From an uncultured Candidatus Saccharibacteria bacterium (GTDB lineage: Bacteria > Patescibacteriota > Minisyncoccia > Phycocordibacterales > Phycocordibacteraceae): a stretch of DNA of 64,000 nucleotides. Below are positions 1-7,356 of this stretch, piece by piece; positions within the stretch are counted from its first letter, which is position 1, and each line of letters opens with the position of its first letter. The stretch spans positions 6,307 to 70,306 of the forward strand of contig CAZJKG010000002.1 of assembly GCA_964546795.1 (NCBI GenBank), given 5' to 3'. Both the position numbers and the translations under genes were made by a program. The notes beneath the pieces are model-generated. The model was not told where the DNA came from, did not search any database, and saw only the letters and a list, made by a program, of their open reading frames with translations.

Positions 1-34
1 AAAGGTCTGGTTAATTAATGAACCAATTGTAGAT

Positions 35-331
35 ATGGATATAAATGAACTTCTTTGGCATTTTGCTATTCCTTTTTGGGAAGCACAAGATACAGATGAT
101 TATAATTTAACGCCATGGGAATTTATTAAAGATACGCAAAAACATACTGATCATAATCAGAAAATCAAAAAAGCTAATCTCGCGTTTCCGATTGATATTA
201 TGGAAAATAAGGGACGCTGGCTTATTCTTGATGGTTTACACCGCTTAATGAAGGCATATCAACAGGGCCTTCATAAAGTACGTGTCAGAAAAATCCCACG
301 TTCACGTATATCAGAGATAATTAAAAACTAA
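35..331 (+). CDS. Small (98 aa) protein with a possible ParB/sulfiredoxin-fold (ParB-like nuclease) domain
   Basis: ORF lies in the AT-rich first ~330 bp, unlike the GC-rich remainder. The motif 'LILDGLHRL' resembles the DGxHR signature of ParB/Srx-fold domains. No other similarity recognised. Confidence 0.3.
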   Translation: MDINELLWHFAIPFWEAQDTDDYNLTPWEFIKDTQKHTDHNQKIKKANLAFPIDIMENKGRWLILDGLHRLMKAYQQGLHKVRVRKIPRSRISEIIKN

Positions 332-2394
332 GAACCAGAAAGCGGTTTGCGAGCGCGGGGCTTACGGGCCTTTGGTCCGGTGCCTTCCAGTTTGTATATC
401 TCGTCGCGGATGAGCGCGGCGGTTTCAAAATCAAGTTTTTCTACCGCCTCTTCCATCTCTTCTCGCTTTCGCTTGATGAACGCTTGAGGGTCGTCCTTGT
501 ACGCGAGCGTATCCAAGACGAGGAGTTCATCAATCGTGCGTTGATGCTCTGTGCGCATGGATGCGGCGATGTCATGGATCTCTTTCTTTATTGTTTTCGG
601 AGTGATGCTGTGCTTCTTGTTGTAGGCGACCTGGAGGGTGCGGCGGCGATTCGTCTCGCCGATGGCTCTTTCGAGCGAACCAGTCATGGAGTCGGCATAG
701 AGAATGACACGTCCGAGCACGTTGCGTGCCGCGCGTCCGATGGTTTGTATCAAACTGGTCTCGGAGCGCAGGAATCCCTCTTTGTCGGCGTCCAAGATGC
801 CGATAAGTTCAACTTCAGGCAGGTCTAGTCCCTCGCGCAAGAGATTAACGCCGACCAAGATGTCGAACTTCCCTCTGCGGAAATTGCTGAGGATATCAAT
901 GCGGTCAATCGTCTTCACATCCGAGTGGAGATATTCGGCCTTTATGCCGCGCTCCCGAAAGAATGCGGAAAGATCTTCCGCCATCCGTTTGGTAAGCGTC
1001 GTCGCAAGTGCGCGGCCACTGCGTTTGATGACCGTCTCTGCCTCACTGATGAAATCGGCAATCTGTCCTTTATACGTTCCTGTTTCGCTCACGGCGCGGA
1101 CGACAAGCTCGGGGTCAATGAGGCCGGTCGGGCGGATGACTTGCTCCACTATCTGCTCGGAATGCTTGCGTTCGTAGGGTCCCGGCGTCGCACTCGTATA
1201 CAATACTTGTCCGACGCGCTCCTCGAACTCTTCAAACCGGAGCGGGCGGTTGTCGCGCGCCGAAGGGAGACGGAAACCGTACTCAACAAGCACATCCTTG
1301 CGCGACTTGTCGCCCGCATACATGCCGCCTATCTGTGGAACAGTAACGTGCGATTCATCAATGACGGTAAGGAAGTTTGCAGAGCCGTCTTTCTTATGCG
1401 GGAAATAAGAAAGAAGCGTATGCGGCGGCTCCCCCGGCGCGCGCCCGTCGAAGTGGCGCGAATAATTCTCAATGCCGCTCGTATAGCCAAGTTCCTTGAT
1501 GAGCGCAAGGTCGTGGAGCGTGCGGCGCTTCAGTCGCTCGGCCTCCAAGGGCTTCTCCTCGCGCTTAAATTTCGCGAGCTGTTCTTCCAATTCAAGTTTG
1601 ATATCGATAATTGCGCGCTCGCGCTCCTCTTCACTCGTGATGAAGTGCTTCGCCGGAAAGACAAAGAGTGATTTCGGTTCTTTGACTTTCGCGCGCGAGA
1701 CCGGGTCAAGCTGATCAATATGGGCGATGTCGTCGCCATCGAACGTAACGCGATAGATTGCGCGTTCGTTGACAGGCATGAATTCAAGCGAATTCCCGAT
1801 GGCGCGCAGTTGCCCGGGGTTGAGGTCGGCATTCGTTCGCTCAAAATAAATTCCCACGAGTTTTCTGATGAGTCCTCCCCTGCCTCCTGCTACTGTCTCC
1901 TGCTTCTGAATTTTGACATGCACTTTCTCATATTCCTCCGGCGAGCCAAGGCCATAGATGGCGGAGACCGATGCGACGATGATGACATCCTTGCGCGTGA
2001 GGAGCGCTTGCGTCGCAGCGTGCCGCAAACGGTCTATCTCTGCATTTATCATCGCTTCTTTCTCGATGTACGTATCTGAGTGCGCGATGTACGCTTCTGG
2101 CTGATAATAGTCGTAATAGGAAACGAAATAATGTACGGCATTCTCGGGAAAAAATTCCCGATATTCTTGCGCAAGCTGCGCCGCAAGTGTCTTGTTATGA
2201 GCGAGCACAAGCGTCGGTTTGTCGTGCGAAGCTATGACATTCGCTACGGTAAACGTCTTTCCGCTTCCGGTCACGCCAAAAAGAGTCTGGTGCCGCAAAC
2301 CGCGCTCGAGACCCTGCGCAAGCGCCTTGATGGCCTCGGGCTGATCCCCCGCAGGAAGAAATGGGGTGTGTAGTTTGAAATCGCTCTTGTTCAT
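328..2394 (-). CDS. uvrB: Excinuclease ABC subunit B (UvrB)
   Basis: 688 aa. N-terminal Walker A 'GVTGSGKTFT', helicase motifs, and a C-terminal UVR motif 'AALIRDEIYKLEG'. Typical UvrB length and architecture. Confidence 0.95.
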   Translation of the reverse strand: MNKSDFKLHTPFLPAGDQPEAIKALAQGLERGLRHQTLFGVTGSGKTFTVANVIASHDKPTLVLAHNKTLAAQLAQEYREFFPENAVHYFVSYYDYYQPEAYIAHSDTYIEKEAMINAEIDRLRHAATQALLTRKDVIIVASVSAIYGLGSPEEYEKVHVKIQKQETVAGGRGGLIRKLVGIYFERTNADLNPGQLRAIGNSLEFMPVNERAIYRVTFDGDDIAHIDQLDPVSRAKVKEPKSLFVFPAKHFITSEEERERAIIDIKLELEEQLAKFKREEKPLEAERLKRRTLHDLALIKELGYTSGIENYSRHFDGRAPGEPPHTLLSYFPHKKDGSANFLTVIDESHVTVPQIGGMYAGDKSRKDVLVEYGFRLPSARDNRPLRFEEFEERVGQVLYTSATPGPYERKHSEQIVEQVIRPTGLIDPELVVRAVSETGTYKGQIADFISEAETVIKRSGRALATTLTKRMAEDLSAFFRERGIKAEYLHSDVKTIDRIDILSNFRRGKFDILVGVNLLREGLDLPEVELIGILDADKEGFLRSETSLIQTIGRAARNVLGRVILYADSMTGSLERAIGETNRRRTLQVAYNKKHSITPKTIKKEIHDIAASMRTEHQRTIDELLVLDTLAYKDDPQAFIKRKREEMEEAVEKLDFETAALIRDEIYKLEGTGPKARKPRARKPLSGS

Positions 2395-2489
2395 AAGCGC
2401 GTCATTCTATCACTTCTTGCCCGTGAGATGCCGCTTCGGCTATCTCACCGGGGTCCCCCGCCGGAGGCCATGGTGTATGGAGCTTGAAA

Positions 2490-3704
2490 TTAGCCACGGT
2501 ATTCACGAAGGAATTCTGCACGATACTCATCAAATCGTCCATCGAGGATGGCCTGCCGCGCTCCGGAGACGAGGTTCAAAATGAAGCCAACGTTATGCAT
2601 GGAGGCGATGATGGCTCCAAGCATTTCCCCTGAACGCAACAGATGCGCCACATACGCCCGTGTGAAATGTGGACTTCGTAAGTCCACATGTTCCTCAAGT
2701 GAGGTGAAGTCGGTGCGATATTTTTCATTCTTTAAGTGAATGAGACCATGCTTTGTGTAGATGGAGCCATGGCGGCCGAGGCGTGTTGCAGCGACACAGT
2801 CAAAAAGGTCCATGCCATTCGCGATACCTTCCAGAATGTCGCCCGGCTCGCCGATGCCGAGAAAATGCCGTGGCAACTCTTCGGGAAGTTCCTCTATCGC
2901 AGCAATAAGTGCGCCGCGCATATCCTCCTTGGAGAAGGAACCGCCGATGCCGATGCCGTCAAAGCCGAGCGAGGATATCTCACGCGCTGATTCTTTGCGC
3001 AGATCCTCATGTCGACCTCCCTGCACGATACCGAATAGTGCCTGCCGCTTGTTCGCGTCCATATTTTGCCGGTGCGCTGTAAGGGAGCGCGCCGCCCAAC
3101 GATGCGTACGCTCCATCGCCTCCCGCTGATACTCATAGGGAGCTGTCGGCGAGGTACATTCGTCAAACGCAAAGAACATATCCGCGCCAAGCGCGTGCTG
3201 GATCTCTACCGAACGCTCGGGCGTGAAGCGGTGCAACGAGCCGTCGAGATGCGAAGTGAAAGAAACTCCCTCGTCATCAATGACCGCAAGCTGTCCATGC
3301 TGGCTAAGAACATCTTCATCATACACTGCGACCGACTCTTCTTTGGAAGCATTCTCTTTGATGAATTTGGAGATGGTCTTCCCGAACGCGGCGCCAAGCG
3401 AAAAAACCTGAAAACCGCCGGAGTCAGTCATGGTAGGGCCATCCCAGCCCATGAATGTTCCGAGACCGCCGGCCCCTTGCACGACTTTTTCGCCCGGTTG
3501 AAGATAGAGATGGTAGGTGTTCGCAAGTACGACTTCGGCGCCGAGCCGCTTCAATTGTTCGGGAAGAATGCCTTTTACATTTGCTTTGGTACCCACCGGC
3601 GCAAAAGCGGGTGTGTGAATATCGCCGTGAGACGTAGCGAGTACGCCCGCACGCGCGGCGCTTCGCGCCGCGCGCTTCTCTATTTTAAAATCAATCGCAC
3701 TCAT
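2490..3704 (-). CDS. tgt: Queuine tRNA-ribosyltransferase (tRNA-guanine transglycosylase)
   Basis: 404 aa. N-terminus 'FKIEKRAARSAARAGVLATSHGDIHTPAFAPVGT' and internal 'LYLQPGE' match the Tgt family. Confidence 0.9.
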   Translation of the reverse strand: MSAIDFKIEKRAARSAARAGVLATSHGDIHTPAFAPVGTKANVKGILPEQLKRLGAEVVLANTYHLYLQPGEKVVQGAGGLGTFMGWDGPTMTDSGGFQVFSLGAAFGKTISKFIKENASKEESVAVYDEDVLSQHGQLAVIDDEGVSFTSHLDGSLHRFTPERSVEIQHALGADMFFAFDECTSPTAPYEYQREAMERTHRWAARSLTAHRQNMDANKRQALFGIVQGGRHEDLRKESAREISSLGFDGIGIGGSFSKEDMRGALIAAIEELPEELPRHFLGIGEPGDILEGIANGMDLFDCVAATRLGRHGSIYTKHGLIHLKNEKYRTDFTSLEEHVDLRSPHFTRAYVAHLLRSGEMLGAIIASMHNVGFILNLVSGARQAILDGRFDEYRAEFLREYRG

Positions 3705-3734
3705 TATGCTCTACCTTATCGTGTTTTGTATGGC

Positions 3735-3762
3735 TTGACAAACTAGAATAATTGAGTATCCT
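3735..3762 (+). promoter_or_regulatory. Putative sigma-70 promoter (TTGACA–16–TATCCT) upstream of the lipoprotein gene
   Basis: TTGACA at ~3735, 16-nt spacer, TATCCT at ~3757. About 80 nt upstream of the ATG at 3844. Confidence 0.35.
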
Positions 3763-3843
3763 TACACTCGGATAGATGTTTGCATTTCAACCAACAAATA
3801 TAATCGGCTCGTTGCGAGCCATCTTAAAGAAAGGGGGTGTTCC

Positions 3844-4380
3844 ATGACGCGGAAGTTGTACATGCTTGCCATTATGGCGATGCTCACGTTCACTGCGTGT
3901 ATCGGTCCAGGGCCGAGAGAGGAAGTTCGACTCAAGATGCCCGATGGCGAGACGGCGACCATCTTCGCTCACAATCAGCAAGTCCCGGACTGGATGTTGG
4001 ACCGGGAAAAGATGGCAATCAATTTCGTGCTCAAAGGCAGTGTGAGCAAAAAACAGCTTGCCGCCGTCGCTGAAACCGAACGCGCCTGCCGGCTCTATAC
4101 CGGTGTGGTCCGTCCGAACAACCTGGTCGCCGTGCTTTCCAGTGGCGTGCTCTACGCCGCCGCGGGAGCTCTTGGTGGGGGACTTGGTTCAATGGCAATT
4201 ACCGGAGCCGTTGCAAGCGAGTACGCCCAGTACAGTGCATCAGCGCTTGGAAGCGCTGGCCTTGCGAACGGTATCATCACTCTCGGAGGTCAGACCTATA
4301 CTTTCGAGAACTGTAGCCGGGAAGTGCTCGGCCTGTTCCCGAACTACAAGGTGCGAGTGTTGCAAAAGAGCCCGTACTGA
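3844..4380 (+). CDS. Hypothetical lipoprotein (signal peptide with lipobox 'FTAC')
   Basis: N-terminus 'MTRKLYMLAIMAMLTFTACIGPG' is a typical lipoprotein signal. The C-terminus is Gly/Ala-rich. No recognisable domain. Confidence 0.5.
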   Translation: MTRKLYMLAIMAMLTFTACIGPGPREEVRLKMPDGETATIFAHNQQVPDWMLDREKMAINFVLKGSVSKKQLAAVAETERACRLYTGVVRPNNLVAVLSSGVLYAAAGALGGGLGSMAITGAVASEYAQYSASALGSAGLANGIITLGGQTYTFENCSREVLGLFPNYKVRVLQKSPY

Positions 4381-4401
4381 GAGATGATCTTTCTGAAAAC
4401 A

Positions 4402-4433
4402 AATGGGCGCGAACCGCAAGGTTCGCGCCCATT
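4402..4433. terminator. Bidirectional rho-independent terminator (11-bp perfect stem)
   Basis: AAATGGGCGCGAACC-gcaa-GGTTCGCGCCCATT, followed by a T-rich tract. It sits between the convergent lipoprotein (+) and FKBP (-) genes. Confidence 0.65.
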
Positions 4434-4452
4434 AACATTTTCTGTTTCTGTA

Positions 4453-4977
4453 TTAACGAGTCGGTTTCTGGACTTTCAAGAGTTCAACCTGGAAAACGAG
4501 TGTTGCGTTCGCGGGGATGACAGGACCAACTGCCTGGTCGCCGTACGCAAGCGGCGCGGGAATAACGAGTGTGCGCTTTCCGCCTACTTTCATACCGACG
4601 ATTCCGAGATCCCAACCCTGGATAACCTGCCCCGCACCAAGATTGAATGTGAAGCCCTCGGAGCCATGATTGGCGGAAGCGTCAAAGACGGTGCCGTCGG
4701 TGAGCGAGCCGACATAGTTCAGAGTCACCGTGTCGCCCGTCTCAGCAACGGCGCCGGTACCAATAACATCATCAGTCGTCTGGAGTTGTGTGGCATCGAT
4801 AGGCATAGTGGTGGATGTAGGTTGATATTGGGTAGCACCTTGTAATGCTTGATCTTGCTCTATCGTCCCTATTGGTGCCGACGATTGATTAAAAGGCGAG
4901 AAATCCTGAGAGAAGAAGAGTATGGCGACCACCACAAGTGCGAGCGCCACGGCGATACCTGTCTGGGTTGGTTTCAT
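4453..4977 (-). CDS. FKBP-type peptidyl-prolyl cis-trans isomerase (secreted or membrane-anchored)
   Basis: C-terminal domain 'GTVFDAS...GAGQVIQGWDLGIVGMKVGGKRTLVIPAPLAYGDQ...LVFQVELLKV' is a canonical FKBP domain. The N-terminus has a TM/signal segment. Confidence 0.85.
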   Translation of the reverse strand: MKPTQTGIAVALALVVVAILFFSQDFSPFNQSSAPIGTIEQDQALQGATQYQPTSTTMPIDATQLQTTDDVIGTGAVAETGDTVTLNYVGSLTDGTVFDASANHGSEGFTFNLGAGQVIQGWDLGIVGMKVGGKRTLVIPAPLAYGDQAVGPVIPANATLVFQVELLKVQKPTR

Positions 4978-5019
4978 ATGCTGAAATTAAATATAAGATG
5001 AGTATGTCGTAAGTATATA

Positions 5020-5328
5020 CTACGGGGCTTGGAAGGATTTAAAGCGTTTGACCTCTTCGGCAACGGCCTGCTTCGCTATCGCCTCATGGGTGGGAACCTC
5101 GCGATCAAGGAATGTTCTGAGTGACGCCGCGTCGCCCGCTTCCGAGAGCTTCACGAATTCTTCCTGCTTCCCGCCTTCAAGTTTTCCCACGACCGCAAGC
5201 GTCGCGGCCTTGAGAGCCACTTCGCCGAACTGCGCGATGAGCGCCTGCTGCTCCTCGGACGGAAGATCCGCAATACCGAGATCGGTAGCAATCGCAGCTG
5301 TTACTTCATCGGGCATAGGTGACATCAT
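5020..5328 (-). CDS. Hypothetical small acidic protein (102 aa)
   Basis: ORF with GC-rich codon usage consistent with the host. No recognisable motif. Confidence 0.35.
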   Translation of the reverse strand: MMSPMPDEVTAAIATDLGIADLPSEEQQALIAQFGEVALKAATLAVVGKLEGGKQEEFVKLSEAGDAASLRTFLDREVPTHEAIAKQAVAEEVKRFKSFQAP

Positions 5329-5336
5329 AGCATAGG

Positions 5337-7352
5337 TTATTTTATAAGTGCCTTAAATTCATCCGGTTCCGGTGCTTTCATAAAGGATTTGAAGAAACCA
5401 AAGAAACCGCTTGTTTGCACCGGTGCCCCAGGAGTCATCTCGCCTCCAACGAGATGCCAAGGAATACGGTATTTTCCATCACTATCAGTACCATAGATGA
5501 TGCTTTTCGGATGTTCCGCGAGATATTTCTGAATTAAAGAACCCTGATCTGCGAAGGAGCCACCATGAATGAATAGGTGTTTGACTCCCGGATCAGTATA
5601 AATGTGAGGATTGTCGATTGATATCGCGAGGCCAGAATTATTTACGATAATATCCTCGCCGCGTATGCTTCCTACAGGAAATTCTGACTCACTGGTGACG
5701 GTAGTTGGAGGCGCTGTAATGGATTCTGGTGCTGGAGGCGAAATTGAATCTGTTGTATTTAATTTTTCCTTGAGCCAATCTGAAAATTCTTCGAAAAGAC
5801 CTTTTTCTTGGGGAGGTCCGGGAGGCCATGCACCTATTTCTCTCGGATCGCGTATTCCTTTCTTTATTAGGTCATCATAATCCTTTGCTTCTTGCTCGGA
5901 CGCAAATGAATGTCCATTGGCGTCGCGTCCGAATGGGGCCTCCGGACTTACTTTCCCGGCCCCTTGAGCTTCTGGACCTTCGTCTATTTTCTCTGCCCCC
6001 GACGTGTCCCCTTCTATATTCTGCTGACCAGTTATTTCTCCCGTGTTCTTTGGAACATTTTGTTGTAAATTCTCCTGCACTATTTCGGCCCTCAATGCTT
6101 CATCTGCCTTGAAATCTGGATTTTCCAATTTGGCCCTGAATCTGTCCGCTTCGATTTTATTCAAAGCATCGTTCAGTTCCTGGTGTGCATTAAGATCGGC
6201 ATTCACTTCAGCTTTCAGTTCTTCCAGACCTTTAGCTTCAGAGGAAACCGTCTCATTTTCAACCGGAGAAATATCGTTACCGTAATCAGTCACCGCCTTG
6301 TCGATAGTGACTTGCTGTTCAGAAGCTAATTTTTGAGCTTCATCCAGAGTTTGCTTAACATCGGCAAACGCGCGATCTGTCGCAACTCGTGCTTCTGCCA
6401 ATTCGACGGCTGATGTATCGGGAGTGGACATTTCCGGCGTTGGTGTTTCCGCCGGCGCGGGAGCCGGTGATGTGTCAGGAATTCTTGGCTTTGTGAGTCC
6501 GGTATCTATTGGAGGAGCATCGGGCCCAAGTATGTTGCCAAGCCATTCATTCACCTTGAGCGTATTCAGAACTTCAACACCTTCGTGAACGACGAGTGCT
6601 GTACCTCCCATATATACTGCGGTGAGTATGGTCGCATACGTATTTTTGACTCGTTCCGACTTTCCTGCGAGCCAATAATCCTCTTTCGCTGCTATTTTTG
6701 CATCAAGCTTTTTCCGCTGGTTCATCGCGAAACCAATGCCGCCAAGCGCTCGCTGTCCGTACAACGCCACACTTAATATTCCGGAGAGAGTAGGTAACGT
6801 TATTGACGTAAGAGAAACACCAACAACGAGCGCGCTAGTGATGGTAAGTTTTGTCCTCCAATCCAACTTATTATATCGCTCGCTAGTAGCACCAATAAAT
6901 CCCGCCACTTTGGGACCATATTCTTTCGCCTTTTCCTGTAGACCATTTGAGCGCTCTGCAAGATATGCTTTTAAACGTTCGGTACGCTCTCCCATTTTAA
7001 GATGCTCTTTTGCACTCCCGGAAAATCCACTCAATTTCTCGCTCCACTCTTCTATCTTCGTGCCAACATCCTTGGAACGTTCTGAGAGATATTTCTTCAA
7101 ACCCTCAATTCGTAAAAGTCCCTCTTGCTTAGCTGTTTCGTAACGCTCTGTCGCACCCTCGATGAGCACACGCAATTTGTTGAGATGTTCTCTACGCGTA
7201 CTATCGTCGCTCTGAACTTTTTGTGGGCGTTCTAACTCAGGTACTCGCGGTTCTGAACCGATTATTCCTGCGAGATGGCGTGCGGCAAGCTTGTAATCGA
7301 TTTCTTCTTTTTTAGAATCTTTTTCTGGAGGTGGAAACCCAGGTTCTTTCAT
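5337..7352 (-). CDS. Large membrane/coiled-coil protein, probable partner of the downstream T4SS-like ATPase
   Basis: 671 aa. N-terminal coiled-coil region, two or three TM helices (for example 'LTITSALVVGVSLTSITLPTLSGILSVALYG'), a Pro-rich linker, an acidic coiled-coil and a conserved-looking C-terminal domain. Its start is 4 bp from the end of the ATPase gene (7357), on the same strand. Confidence 0.45.
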   Translation of the reverse strand: MKEPGFPPPEKDSKKEEIDYKLAARHLAGIIGSEPRVPELERPQKVQSDDSTRREHLNKLRVLIEGATERYETAKQEGLLRIEGLKKYLSERSKDVGTKIEEWSEKLSGFSGSAKEHLKMGERTERLKAYLAERSNGLQEKAKEYGPKVAGFIGATSERYNKLDWRTKLTITSALVVGVSLTSITLPTLSGILSVALYGQRALGGIGFAMNQRKKLDAKIAAKEDYWLAGKSERVKNTYATILTAVYMGGTALVVHEGVEVLNTLKVNEWLGNILGPDAPPIDTGLTKPRIPDTSPAPAPAETPTPEMSTPDTSAVELAEARVATDRAFADVKQTLDEAQKLASEQQVTIDKAVTDYGNDISPVENETVSSEAKGLEELKAEVNADLNAHQELNDALNKIEADRFRAKLENPDFKADEALRAEIVQENLQQNVPKNTGEITGQQNIEGDTSGAEKIDEGPEAQGAGKVSPEAPFGRDANGHSFASEQEAKDYDDLIKKGIRDPREIGAWPPGPPQEKGLFEEFSDWLKEKLNTTDSISPPAPESITAPPTTVTSESEFPVGSIRGEDIIVNNSGLAISIDNPHIYTDPGVKHLFIHGGSFADQGSLIQKYLAEHPKSIIYGTDSDGKYRIPWHLVGGEMTPGAPVQTSGFFGFFKSFMKAPEPDEFKALIK

Positions 7353-7356
7353 AGGG

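Noticed and set aside
484-2373. Multiple plus-strand ORFs (114–248 aa) inside the uvrB coding region, and similar antisense ORFs inside tgt, the ATPase, copA, clpB, topA and others
   Set aside because: They lie antisense to, or out of frame with, long well-supported genes in GC-rich DNA, where spurious open frames are common. None has an RBS or recognisable motif.
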